Positions 30,562 to 40,511 of a stretch of DNA of 64,000 nt are shown piece by piece. The position numbers and the translations under genes were made by a program. Numbering within the stretch: the first letter of the stretch is position 1; every line of letters starts with the position of its first letter. The notes beneath the pieces were generated by a model that was given only the letters and a program-made list of their open reading frames with translations, was not told the origin of the DNA and ran no database searches. The DNA is from Thermodesulfobacteriota bacterium (GTDB lineage Bacteria; Desulfobacterota_D; UBA1144; Nemesobacterales; UBA2774), in NCBI GenBank assembly GCA_965223335.1, contig OZ244991.1:2208001-2272000 (forward strand), read 5' to 3'.

Positions 30562-31029
30562 TTGATCGATAATTACGAGGTACATGAATACGAGGCTGCT
30601 ATGACACCCGAGCTGGCCCGAATATATAAAGAGTCTATCATGGCCACGGTACCCGAGTACTATACAGAGGCCGAGGCATGTGTGTGGGCATCGTTTGCCG
30701 ACGACCAGAGTGGGTTTAGTGCAAAGCTCGCCGACGGCTATACGATTGTGGGCTTTAGCGGCCCAAGGCCCATTGCTTTTGGACAGTTGTTCCCCGAGGA
30801 CTATATAGCGCTACTGTTCGTCGAGCCCGAGTTTATGGGCCGAGGGGTGGGACGCGACCTCTACGAGAGGCTCGAGCTTAGGGCGCATGATTACGGTGTA
30901 GAGCATATAAGCACCCATGCGAGCCTTGCGGCCCGGGAGTTTTTCTTGAGCCGAGGTTTCCGTGTGAGGGGTGCTGAGGTCCTAAACAAGGACGGGGCAG
31001 AGCTCGAGAGATACGATATGGTTAAATGA
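30562..31029 (+). CDS. GNAT family N-acetyltransferase
   Basis: LFVEPEFMGRGVG and AS..AREFF..RGF motifs. Confidence 0.88.
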   Translation: MIDNYEVHEYEAAMTPELARIYKESIMATVPEYYTEAEACVWASFADDQSGFSAKLADGYTIVGFSGPRPIAFGQLFPEDYIALLFVEPEFMGRGVGRDLYERLELRAHDYGVEHISTHASLAAREFFLSRGFRVRGAEVLNKDGAELERYDMVK

Positions 31030-31044
31030 TGAGTTGGTGGTACT

Positions 31045-31617
31045 ATGGGCTATAAGCGTAATTTCATTAATGTGGATTACAATCATCTAATCATGATATT
31101 GCTTTTGGTTGTGTGTGGCACGGTTTTTGGGAGCTATGCTGCGTCTGCGGACAACGTCGAGTGTCTGGACCAGAAGTACAAGGGCTACGCCGAGGTTAAA
31201 CGCGAGTTTCAAAACAAGCTTGCACTGCTTATAGCAGTTAAAGCCCCGCGCTACAACGCACTTGCCAATACCTATAAGAACGACCAGGTTAACTTGATCG
31301 AGCTAAACACGATTGCTGTAGAGTTTCTGCTCGATAATCACCCCGACAAAGTACACACCGACCGACCGCTTAACGAGTGGATAGAGCTTACCGATGAGCT
31401 TAGCTCTGTGATCGGTGTGGTAAACTCGCGGTTTCGCGAGCTCGCACTTTTGCGGGCCGAGGCAAAAACAAGGCCTGTGCATCCCGACGCCGCCGGGCTT
31501 CGTGAAGCAATGAAGGTAGATATACTGCCAAGCCCCGAGTATGTAGAGATTGTAAATGAGATGTCCACGCGAATTCTTGAGATTGAGCTACGGGAGTGTA
31601 ACGACAACGGTGCATAG
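31045..31617 (+). CDS. Secreted helical hypothetical protein
   Basis: Hydrophobic signal ending ASA; terminal Cys pair. Confidence 0.65.
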   Translation: MGYKRNFINVDYNHLIMILLLVVCGTVFGSYAASADNVECLDQKYKGYAEVKREFQNKLALLIAVKAPRYNALANTYKNDQVNLIELNTIAVEFLLDNHPDKVHTDRPLNEWIELTDELSSVIGVVNSRFRELALLRAEAKTRPVHPDAAGLREAMKVDILPSPEYVEIVNEMSTRILEIELRECNDNGA

Positions 31618-31680
31618 TTTTGTAGCGACACTGCACCCTACCCTAATATTGATGAGAGCGACTACCGGGATGTTTGAGGA

Positions 31681-32883
31681 ATGAAGAAAAAAAAGATATT
31701 GGTGATGCCCGACGGCAACTGGCTTGCACATACCACTAGGCCGTTTGAGATCGCCAAACACCTTAGACGTATGGGGCACAAGGTGGTGTTTGCCGGCGAG
31801 GGCTACTACATGAACCTGCCCCGCGCCGAACGTTTCGAGGTCCTACCCGCAAAGACCAAGGATTCCTCGCGTGTTCTCAATTGTGCCCGGAGCGGGCGAG
31901 TGAACTGGTACGACCGCGAGATCATAGAGGACCTGGTCGGGGCCGAGACAGAGCTTATAAACGAGCAAAAACCCGACCTGGTGCTGACCGACTTTAGGCT
32001 TACGCTTAGCACCACATGCGAGCTGCTACAAGTACCGCTTGCCGTAACAATAAACGCCGCATGGACCAACTACTACTCCGCTGTGCACCGGGCACCCGAG
32101 CACATCCGCTTTGGCCGGCTGTTTGGAAGGCGTATGCCCTTTTGGGTGGTGGATAAGATAAAACAATACATCATCACAGAGGACAGCAAGCCCTTTAGAG
32201 CGTTTCGAGAATCGCGAGGACTAAAACCCAACAATAATATATGGGATGTGTGGGAGGGCGACATCAACCTGCTTACAGATATCCCCGAGTACAGCCCCAC
32301 AGAGAACCTGCCCGACAACTTCCACTATATAGGGCCGATATTTTGGGAGCCCAAGATGCGCGCACCCGAATGGCTCATAGACATAAAACCCGATGTGCCC
32401 GCGATATACATCACAATGGGCAGCACCGGTAACCCCAAGGTTTTTGAGGAGGCGGTGGAGATATTCGGCGGGTCCCCCTATCAGTTTATGATGACCACCG
32501 CTGGGATGATAGAGCTTGTAAACGTCCCGTCCAATTTCAGGGTCGTCAACTATGCCCCGGGCTCAAAGCTCCTCGAGAAGAGCAACATGGTGATCTGTCA
32601 GGGAGGCAACGGCACCATATACCAGTCCATGTCCAAGGGCGTGCCTGTGATAGGGATACCTACGATGCATGACCAGGAGTATAACCTGGACCGTGTAGAG
32701 GCGCTGGGTATGGGGCTTCAGCTAAGCGAGTACCATTACAAACCTCTCGACATGGTAGAGGCTGTGGAGAAGCTGCTTAGGGATTATCAATACAAACAAA
32801 ACGCCATGAAGTACAAGGCGGTGCTCGAGACCTACGACGGCCCTACGAAAGGTGCCGAGATCATAAACGACTATTTGAAGTAG
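31681..32883 (+). CDS. GT1-family glycosyltransferase, paralog of 28438..29724
   Basis: Shares ILVMPDGNWLAHT, WTNYY, TDIPEY and GVPVIGIPTMHDQE blocks. Confidence 0.9.
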   Translation: MKKKKILVMPDGNWLAHTTRPFEIAKHLRRMGHKVVFAGEGYYMNLPRAERFEVLPAKTKDSSRVLNCARSGRVNWYDREIIEDLVGAETELINEQKPDLVLTDFRLTLSTTCELLQVPLAVTINAAWTNYYSAVHRAPEHIRFGRLFGRRMPFWVVDKIKQYIITEDSKPFRAFRESRGLKPNNNIWDVWEGDINLLTDIPEYSPTENLPDNFHYIGPIFWEPKMRAPEWLIDIKPDVPAIYITMGSTGNPKVFEEAVEIFGGSPYQFMMTTAGMIELVNVPSNFRVVNYAPGSKLLEKSNMVICQGGNGTIYQSMSKGVPVIGIPTMHDQEYNLDRVEALGMGLQLSEYHYKPLDMVEAVEKLLRDYQYKQNAMKYKAVLETYDGPTKGAEIINDYLK

Positions 32884-33484
32884 GGGCGTGGACGCCCCAT
32901 TCGAAAGGGAGTACCGGTACTTTAGTGCCCATGGGGACCGATAAGGAGCCGTAGTGTGGCGACTGGCGGGAAGGTACAAAATATAGGGACCGATAAGGAG
33001 CCGTAGTGTGGCGACTGGCGGGAAGGTACAAAATATAGGGACCGATAAGGAGCCGTAGTGTGGCGACTGGTGGGAAGGTACAAAATAAAGGGTCTAGCGA
33101 CCCCAAGCAAAACATAGTACCGGTACTTTAGTGCCCATGGGGACCGCCAGCGAATGTAGTGCATGAGCGGCAGGTAGGGACAAAATAAAAACACCGGGAG
33201 TTTATTTACTCTAGGGCTTCCATCTTACCAGGCCGATACGAATTACCTATTTATCTCCTACTTTTCCTTGATGAAAAGTAGGCAAAAATCACCGACTGAA
33301 CGGAAATGGCTAAAAATAATCTCTCGATGCTAAATGTATTTAATCCAACCACAACCCCGAAATCCATTCTTAACGCCTCTCAAGCTTATTTTCTATACGC
33401 CATTGCCGTAATGTCGGACTGGGATTTGCAATCCCATATTGGAAAGGCAAAGGACTAAAAGATATTCCTGCACATGTTATGTGC
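32883..33484 (+). repeat. Mosaic structured intergenic repeat, locus R6 (includes 3 x 52-bp tandem GA module)
   Basis: Tandem units start at 32934, 32986 and 33038; pseudoknot at 33257; rod 33292-33417. Confidence 0.93.
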
Positions 33485-33552
33485 GCACACCTTGATTTTA
33501 TTGTCCCGATCGTATATTAATATTGGCAGTCAATGCGATTAAGGAGAAGTTG

Positions 33553-33645
33553 ATGGACGAATCAGATCAGAAGTTGGGTATGGCGCTGTTTTTACTTTCT
33601 ATCGTTCTTTTTTTCATCATGTTTATTTACCTCTGGCTTACCTAA
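33553..33645 (+). CDS. 30-aa single-TM small protein (not in ORF track)
   Basis: AAGGAG RBS at 33541; MDESDQKLGMALFLLSIVLFFIMFIYLWLT. Confidence 0.6.
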   Translation: MDESDQKLGMALFLLSIVLFFIMFIYLWLT

Positions 33646-33782
33646 GGGGCCGGGTGCAGTCTCTGCCCGGGTGCATTTGCCAAAGCGCTCCCCTTCCCTA
33701 TTTACACTCTTAGTAGTCAAGAGCCCTTGCTCTATTCATAAAACGACGAGTTAGTGGTATATATTAGATCGAGGGGACCGTT

Positions 33783-34565
33783 ATGTTTCAAGACAGGACC
33801 TGGATTCTTTTCCTTCTGCCGGTACTCATGGGGATAATTGTAGGGGTGGGGGTGCTGTTTCCAGTAAACGAGTTTGTGTTTTTCTACGAGCACACGCCCG
33901 ATGTGGGCAGGGCTGTGGAGTATGCTGGGGACCAGCTGCTTTTGGCGCTGGGAGGGCAGCTGCCGGTAAAAGTACTCTTCTATGCCGCAGTGGGACTAGT
34001 GCTGGGGCTTTTTTCTGCGCTTTTTTACAACTCTCTATACGCGCGGACCAAGGTAGTGCACAAGCTTAGCGAGGAGCTTGGCAAAAACCTCGAGGCTCTA
34101 ATCGCTGGGGGCGAGAGCGCACACCTGGAGTTTAAGTCCTCGTTCCGCTGGGACTACAAGGACATTAAGGCCAACCGCTCACTTGAGGATGCGGTGGTAA
34201 AAACGCTGGCCGGGTTCCTAAACGGCGAGGGAGGCACTCTGATAATCGGTGTAGACGACCGGGCCCAGGTGCTTGGGCTAGAGAACGACTACTCCACACT
34301 CAAACAAGAGGACCGCGACGGCTTTGAACAGGCCATCATGGCCAAGGTAGCATCAAAGATAGGCGGCGACATCACACAGCACATCACAACCGTGTTCCAC
34401 GTAATAGAGGGCAAGGAGGTCTGCCGCATAATAGCCTCGCCCTCGCACCGGCCCATATACGTTAAAGAGGGCGACCAGACCAAGTTTTACCTGCGCATGG
34501 GCGTGAGCACACGCGAGCTTAACGTGCAGGATGCTGTAGAGTACATAAATGAGAGGTGGGGCTAG
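33783..34565 (+). CDS. Membrane-anchored AlbA_2 (Schlafen-like) domain protein
   Basis: Two TM helices, then GES..LEFKSS and GFLN..GGTLIIGVDD. Confidence 0.85.
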   Translation: MFQDRTWILFLLPVLMGIIVGVGVLFPVNEFVFFYEHTPDVGRAVEYAGDQLLLALGGQLPVKVLFYAAVGLVLGLFSALFYNSLYARTKVVHKLSEELGKNLEALIAGGESAHLEFKSSFRWDYKDIKANRSLEDAVVKTLAGFLNGEGGTLIIGVDDRAQVLGLENDYSTLKQEDRDGFEQAIMAKVASKIGGDITQHITTVFHVIEGKEVCRIIASPSHRPIYVKEGDQTKFYLRMGVSTRELNVQDAVEYINERWG

Positions 34566-34877
34566 GCACTACGCACCGAAAGCACTTGTACTTCCACGAC
34601 AAAATGATAAAATGTTGCCCAAATTCAAGCACTGTTACCGGTTCGGATACGGAATGTGAACAAAGCGATAACGGAGCTAATACACTCAGGAGAAAACGGT
34701 ATATAAACCAGGAGTATTCCTAGACAACAACAGGTATATAATTAAACTTAGTTAATGGAATATTCCCGGTCCTGATTACCTTGGTTGGTATAAATATACA
34801 CAACTCGATCACTAGTGATTAGAACCACGGTTTGTGTGCATGGGCCTCTCGGTTTATATATTCTAAACAATTAAATC

Positions 34878-35993
34878 ATGTCGACTACTGCTACTGCCAC
34901 AGGTTCAATTGCTAAACCCAAATCCAATGTAAAAATTCGTTTTGCCCCCAATAGCGAGTTCGAGCACGAGCTCAACCAGCGCGTAAACGCCCATTTTGAG
35001 AACTCGTCAAACAAAAAGAACGACTGCTACACCATGTACCTGAAATCCTTCCTAGCTATTTCGTGGGTGATAGTCTCGTACTGTTTGATCGTGTTTGCGG
35101 GGCTTCCTGTCTGGGGCATTGTGCTTGCCTCGATATCGCTTAGTTTCGCACTAAATGCACTGTCGTTTAACGTAATGCACGACGCGATCCACGGTGCGTA
35201 TTCAAAACACAAGATCGTAAACAGGCTTATGGGCCATTGGCTCGATCTCATAGGCGGCAGCTCGTATTTATGGAACCGCAAGCATAACCACTATCATCAC
35301 TCGTATCCCAATATCACTGGGCACGACGACGACGTCGAGGTCGGTGTGTTTGCACGGTTTACCCCGCATCAAAAGAAATATTTTTTCCACCGCTTCCAAC
35401 ACATCTATATCTGGTTCCTCTACGGGTTTTTGGCCATAAAGTGGCACATATTAGATGATTTTTACTGCTACTTTACAGGTAAGATTAACGGCCACGAAAT
35501 CGAACGCCCCACGGGGCTAGACGCCGTCATATTCTTTGGGGGCAAGGTCTTTTTCTTTACCGCTGCACTCGTTGTGCCCTCGTTTTACTACCCATTCCCC
35601 TACGTGGTGCTGTTCTATGTTTTTATCGCTATGCTCCAGGGTGTGATAATGTCGATTGTGTTTCAGCTGGCCCACTGTGTGGAGGAGGCCGAGTTTCCCA
35701 TGCAGGATGAAGAGGCCGGGGTGATGGACCGCACGTGGATGGTGCACCAGATCCACACCACAGTGGACTTTGCACGGGGCAACAGGCTGTTAACATGGTA
35801 CCTGGGCGGGCTTAACTACCAGGTCGAGCACCACATCTGTCCCCACATCTGCCACATCAACTACCCCGATATGTCGCGTATAGTAGAGCAGACCTGTAAG
35901 GAGTATGGTGTGCCCTACTCTGCCCACGGCGGGTTTTTGGATGGGCTCCGCTCGCACTACAACTGGCTTCGCGAACTGGCCCACGCCCCGTAA
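34878..35993 (+). CDS. Membrane acyl-CoA/fatty acid desaturase (delta-6/linoleoyl-type)
   Basis: His boxes HDAIH, HNHYHH and QVEHH. Confidence 0.92.
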   Translation: MSTTATATGSIAKPKSNVKIRFAPNSEFEHELNQRVNAHFENSSNKKNDCYTMYLKSFLAISWVIVSYCLIVFAGLPVWGIVLASISLSFALNALSFNVMHDAIHGAYSKHKIVNRLMGHWLDLIGGSSYLWNRKHNHYHHSYPNITGHDDDVEVGVFARFTPHQKKYFFHRFQHIYIWFLYGFLAIKWHILDDFYCYFTGKINGHEIERPTGLDAVIFFGGKVFFFTAALVVPSFYYPFPYVVLFYVFIAMLQGVIMSIVFQLAHCVEEAEFPMQDEEAGVMDRTWMVHQIHTTVDFARGNRLLTWYLGGLNYQVEHHICPHICHINYPDMSRIVEQTCKEYGVPYSAHGGFLDGLRSHYNWLRELAHAP

Positions 35994-36047
35994 GCCCAGG
36001 CGTTTGTTAGAGTCTAAATAATTATTGATAAGAATTTATTAGATGTG

Positions 36048-36698
36048 CTACTGCTTGGCGCATTCGCCGTCGTGTTTTTTAAGCACGCCGTTTCCGATCC
36101 TGACACAGTCGTTGCCATAGGACTTGCCGTCGCACCCGCATACGGGGCGAAACTCCCGCGTGCATACCTCGTGCTTCTCCACACATTCCCCCAGTGTGTC
36201 GGTACCGTCGCATACCCCGGCAGGTTTCTCACAGAACCATCCGCTGCCACAGGGAGTGTTGTTTACCCCGCCGCAGACCAACGGCTCTTTTTCTGAGGAA
36301 GACTGTGCAGTATGGGGGTCGAGGCCATCGAGCAATCCAAGGAAGCTGTCCGAGTCGCTTACGAATGTAACGGACAGGTGCGGGCACTCGACACCTTCTA
36401 CGTAGTTGCCACATACTGTAACGGCGTTATTGGTGTCGCGGTTTTTGGCCAGGTCATAGTCGCTGCCGCCCGAAGCGGGCAGGAGCCTGATTTCTTTGCC
36501 CCTTAGCTCCTTTGGGGCCACTATGGTGGACAGGCGGTCTGTAGCACCGTCCATGCAAATGCTGACCTCGTCGCTTGAGATAACCGTAACAAAGCCCGAG
36601 AGGCACACAGGGTGTGTGGTTTGCTCTGCATTGGAGCTAAGCGCCAAAAACGGTGTAAAGAAAAGCAGTGCTGTAAATATTGTTGATAGTGTTCTCAT
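36048..36698 (-). CDS. Secreted protein with C-terminal Kazal-type protease inhibitor domain
   Basis: Signal peptide; CTREFRPVCGCDGKSYGNDC..GEC. Confidence 0.82.
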   Translation of the reverse strand: MRTLSTIFTALLFFTPFLALSSNAEQTTHPVCLSGFVTVISSDEVSICMDGATDRLSTIVAPKELRGKEIRLLPASGGSDYDLAKNRDTNNAVTVCGNYVEGVECPHLSVTFVSDSDSFLGLLDGLDPHTAQSSSEKEPLVCGGVNNTPCGSGWFCEKPAGVCDGTDTLGECVEKHEVCTREFRPVCGCDGKSYGNDCVRIGNGVLKKHDGECAKQ

Positions 36699-36971
36699 AG
36701 TATTTCTCCTGGTGATTTAGGTATGTCGTTGCCCGAGTGTGTATACAATACGAGTATATCTTAGGATTTCGTGCATTCCACAAAAAATTTGTCATTTATC
36801 AAATCGGACTTGATTCCAAAAGAAATAAGAACATACATAATAACGTACTTGACTATATATATAATAAAGCACTATAATTAGTAAAAGGGGTGAGCACGCA
36901 CCTTCCCTGCAGGGTTTTCACGACACCTCATATGAAATGCCCCTAAACGATTTTCATAGGAGGATGTAAGG

Positions 36972-39473
36972 ATGAAAACCTTTAAAACTTTAACTCTTTA
37001 TTTTTCTGTACTAGTAACTGCTGTATTTATGCTGAGCACTGCATCTAATGCAGCGACGTTCACCGTGATGAACTTGAATGATTCAGGGCCGGGATCGCTG
37101 CGCCAGGCCATATTGGACGCTAATGCGGCAGCCGGACCTGACGATATTGTATTTGATGCGGGGGTTATAGGAGTAATACCGACGGATGCTGCTGTAGATA
37201 ACGTGTTTTCAGGTGAGATGGCAATAACCGACGATGTTACCATTACAGGGCCCGGTGCGGGAGTAGTGACAATAGACGCACAGATGGTAGACAGGATATT
37301 AAATATTGACGACACACTGGTGACTGAGATAGTCGTATCGATAAACGGGCTTACGTTTACAAATGGTTTTGTCGCTGGCGGTGGTGGTGCCATATTCAAC
37401 CGCGAAGAGTTGAGTGTGGATTCGTGCGTGTTTGTGGATAATAGCACAAATGACGGTAACGGAGGCGCTATATTTAATGATGCAGGTACTATCCCAGGAT
37501 TACTCAACACCACATTCAGCAGCAACAGCACTACAGGTGCATTCAGGGGAGGTGGTGCTGTATACAACAACTTAGGGACCATCCAGAGCATATCCAACTG
37601 TGATTTTAACGCTAACAGCTCTGTTTTTGGTGGAGCTATATACAGCTTTAGCGGCACCATAGAAGAGATACTAGGCACTACGTTTAGTGGGAACAGCGCT
37701 GAGAACGGTGGTGCTATTTATAATGATCAAAATCTGATTATGGATATAATGAACTGCTCGTTCACCGGAAACACTGCAACCGAGGATGGCGGGGCTATTG
37801 GTAATGCCTTTATGAGTACAATAGAAGTAGTAACCCACAGCACATTCAGCAGTAATGGTGCTGGTGAAGATGGCGGTGCTATATTCAATGCGGATAGCTC
37901 AATATCCGAAATATCCAACAGTACCTTCAGTGGAAACATCGCAAATGATGATGGCGGTGCTATTTACAATTATAACAGCTTAATCGAAGAGATAGTCGAC
38001 TGTACATTCGACGGTAATAGTGCTGTTCAATTAGGTGGGGCTATCGCCAATTTTAATATAACTACGATTGAAATAATTATGAATAGCACATTCAGTGGTA
38101 ATAGCGCTAATTTTGGGGGCGCTATTTATAATATTGATAGCGCAACAGAAAGCATAATCAACAGCACCTTTAGTGGTAATAGCGCTATTAATATCGGTGG
38201 GGCTATTCGTAATTATGACGGTTTAGTTAACATCTCTTTTACAACCATTGCAAATAATAGTGCGAATACCGGTGGAGGAATTGCTACTGATGGCCTTGGT
38301 GCAGAAGTAACCAATGTACGCAACTCCATAGTGGCGCAAAATACACCTGCAAACTGTGCTGGGCCTACAACCGATATGGGAAGCAACTACTCGAATGAAA
38401 CTTCTTGCGGATTTGGTGCCGGGGACAACTCAGTAGTAATACTGGGCCCACTGGCTGATAACGGAGGGCCGACGCAGACAATAGCGCTGTTGGGTGGAGC
38501 ACCGCAAGACGGGGCTTCTGCGGCTTGCGATCCACTGGACGACACAGGCACACCAACAGGGGTTGCACTACCCAACGACCAGCGTTACTTCCCAAGGCCG
38601 GCGGGAGCAGCATGCGACTCGGGTGCTTATGAGGACGGTCCATCGGCAGCGGTATCTATAACTAAGATTACCGAACCACCCGGTGGAGTAGGATATGACT
38701 TTAACACCACAGGGTTTGGTGCAGTGGTAGGATGTCCGCTGGCCGGAACTGCGGGTGCGTTTACAATGAACCACAACGAAACACGGAGCTGCGCAGTGCC
38801 AGGCGGGGACTATACAGTCTCTGAGAATATCCCCGCCGGACAGGTGCTAAACATATTCTGCAGCGAACTACCCCCAGGGGCTGTGATAGATAACGCTGCG
38901 GGGCTACTTAGCTTCTCGATAGTGGACTCTCAATCCAATGTGGATTGCTTATTTATCAACACCGTAGCAGGGACGGTATTAAACGCTGAGGAAGAGCCCG
39001 CAGGAGCAAACTGTGAGTTTGGCGGTGTAAAGATAGAGTCGGGACTCGATACAAACCTAAATGGAGTGCTTGATCCTGCGGAGGTGCTAAACACCTTCTA
39101 TGTATGTAACGGGGCACCGGGTGCAGAGGGACCCGAAGGGCCGGAAGGACCTGAAGGACCGGAGGGACCAGAGGGGCCTGAATCCCTGATCAACACCACA
39201 ACAGAGCCACCGGGTGCTAACTGTGAGTATGGCGGGGAGAAGGTAGAGGTAGGCCTAGATGATAACGAGAATGGCGTCTTGGAACTGAGTGAGGTTGAGG
39301 ACGTATTCTACATATGTAACGGAGCGCCGGGTGAGGACGGGGATGATGAAGGGAGTTGTGCGTTGATTGCATCAACAAGCAACCCAAGCGGTGGCTCGGT
39401 ACTGATAGGGTTCCTGGCCTATCTGGTGATACCGGCTGTGATCCTAGCCCGCAGGCGAATGCGCAAGAGGTAG
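36972..39473 (+). CDS. Surface protein: beta-helix (GGAI/FxxN repeats), choice-of-anchor-Q-like region, collagen-like repeat, C-terminal TM sorting signal
   Basis: ~10 F.GN.A..GGAI repeats; [23 protein letters not shown] triplets between two EP.GANCE.GG domains; GSC..TM..RRRMRKR tail. Confidence 0.85.
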   Translation: MKTFKTLTLYFSVLVTAVFMLSTASNAATFTVMNLNDSGPGSLRQAILDANAAAGPDDIVFDAGVIGVIPTDAAVDNVFSGEMAITDDVTITGPGAGVVTIDAQMVDRILNIDDTLVTEIVVSINGLTFTNGFVAGGGGAIFNREELSVDSCVFVDNSTNDGNGGAIFNDAGTIPGLLNTTFSSNSTTGAFRGGGAVYNNLGTIQSISNCDFNANSSVFGGAIYSFSGTIEEILGTTFSGNSAENGGAIYNDQNLIMDIMNCSFTGNTATEDGGAIGNAFMSTIEVVTHSTFSSNGAGEDGGAIFNADSSISEISNSTFSGNIANDDGGAIYNYNSLIEEIVDCTFDGNSAVQLGGAIANFNITTIEIIMNSTFSGNSANFGGAIYNIDSATESIINSTFSGNSAINIGGAIRNYDGLVNISFTTIANNSANTGGGIATDGLGAEVTNVRNSIVAQNTPANCAGPTTDMGSNYSNETSCGFGAGDNSVVILGPLADNGGPTQTIALLGGAPQDGASAACDPLDDTGTPTGVALPNDQRYFPRPAGAACDSGAYEDGPSAAVSITKITEPPGGVGYDFNTTGFGAVVGCPLAGTAGAFTMNHNETRSCAVPGGDYTVSENIPAGQVLNIFCSELPPGAVIDNAAGLLSFSIVDSQSNVDCLFINTVAGTVLNAEEEPAGANCEFGGVKIESGLDTNLNGVLDPAEVLNTFYVCNGAPGAEGPEGPEGPEGPEGPEGPESLINTTTEPPGANCEYGGEKVEVGLDDNENGVLELSEVEDVFYICNGAPGEDGDDEGSCALIASTSNPSGGSVLIGFLAYLVIPAVILARRRMRKR

Positions 39474-39515
39474 GGCTTAAGAAAGGATAAGAGACACAAC
39501 AACATAAATAGTACA

Positions 39516-39542
39516 AAAAGGGAGCTTCGGCTCCCTTTTTTT
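39516..39542. terminator. Bidirectional intrinsic terminator
   Basis: AAAAGGGAGC-TTCG-GCTCCCTTTTTTT. Confidence 0.85.
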
Positions 39543-39863
39543 GGGGTCGTGGACGCCCCATTCGAAACATGGTGCTGCATCTTTATTTGTATTAGGGATT
39601 ATATATAGGTAGACCGATGCTTTTTTATCTTTTATTCGCTACTTTTGCTTGACCAAAAGTAGCCAAAAGTCACCGACTGACAGCGATTAGCTAATAATTG
39701 GCTCGTACGGTTAAATGTATTTATCCAGCCACAGCCCCGAAATACATTCTTAACACCGTACTCACAAATTATCTTAACGCTAATAGCTGAATGTCGGGAT
39801 TGGTGTCTACGACACCATTAGGGACTGCAAAATAGAAATGATATGAAAGCACATTCAATGTGC
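39543..39863 (+). repeat. Mosaic structured intergenic repeat, locus R7 (third rod allele 39673-39797)
   Basis: Stems CAGC/GCTG, ATTAGC/GCTAAT, GTACGGT/ACCGTAC, TGTATTT/AAATACA replace those of R2. Confidence 0.93.
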
Positions 39864-39878
39864 CACTTGCTATACGAC

Positions 39879-40178
39879 TCAGCCTGCAATCCTAAGGCTC
39901 TCGATCGAGGATGGATCGAATGTTTTGGATGTGTGCCACAGATCGTATGACTGCTGCATATTGAGCCATAGTTCGGGGGTTGTATCAAACGCCTTAGATA
40001 AACGGAGCGCCATTTCGGTGCTAATACCACATTTCTCGTTGATAATAGAAGAGAGTGTCTTTCTGGTTACACCCAGCGCTCTTGCCGCGTCGGTTATCGT
40101 CATACCGACTTCGTCTAGGTATACGGTTTTTAAAATCTCTCCGGGATGCGGAGGGTTGTGCATTAATTGTTTGCGCAT
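39879..40178 (-). CDS. higA: HigA family antitoxin (XRE HTH)
   Basis: [37 protein letters not shown]. Confidence 0.93.
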   Translation of the reverse strand: MRKQLMHNPPHPGEILKTVYLDEVGMTITDAARALGVTRKTLSSIINEKCGISTEMALRLSKAFDTTPELWLNMQQSYDLWHTSKTFDPSSIESLRIAG

Positions 40179-40196
40179 TTTCTTGTGTCTCCCACT

Positions 40197-40475
40197 TTAA
40201 TGATAGTCCAAGTAATCGACGTCATAGACATTGCCATCCGAAAACTTGAACACGACGCGCCAATTACCACTGACCTTGATGGACCAACGGCCTTTGAGCC
40301 TACCTTTTAGTTTATGTAGGCCCGATCCGGGGAAATCGAGGTCTTTTAGTTCATGTGCCTCATTTAGAAAGGTCAATATAATCCTTAAACGTTTATTGTG
40401 ATCGTCTTTGATCCCTGAACTGCTGCCTTTAAGGAAATAACGCTCTAGCCCCTTGTGTATAAATGAGTGTATCAA
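40197..40475 (-). CDS. higB: HigB (RelE/ParE superfamily) toxin
   Basis: SF.HKGL, LHKLKG, WSIKVSGNWRVVFKF..VDYLDYH; start placed at TTG just after the promoter. Confidence 0.9.
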   Translation of the reverse strand: MIHSFIHKGLERYFLKGSSSGIKDDHNKRLRIILTFLNEAHELKDLDFPGSGLHKLKGRLKGRWSIKVSGNWRVVFKFSDGNVYDVDYLDYH

Positions 40476-40481
40476 TATTAG

Positions 40482-40510
40482 AATGTAACCTGTAACGTTG
40501 CAGGTGTCAA
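40482..40510 (-). promoter_or_regulatory. higBA promoter TTGACA-17-TACATT with palindromic operator
   Basis: ACCTGCAAC|GTTACAGGT imperfect palindrome occupies the spacer. Confidence 0.75.
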
Positions 40511-40511
40511 T

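Noticed and set aside
32934..33089. CRISPR array
   Set aside because: The three 52-bp units are essentially identical throughout with no unique spacers, and there are no cas genes in the window
36880..36965. Riboswitch in the surface-protein leader
   Set aside because: Only short hairpins; no aptamer consensus I can recognise
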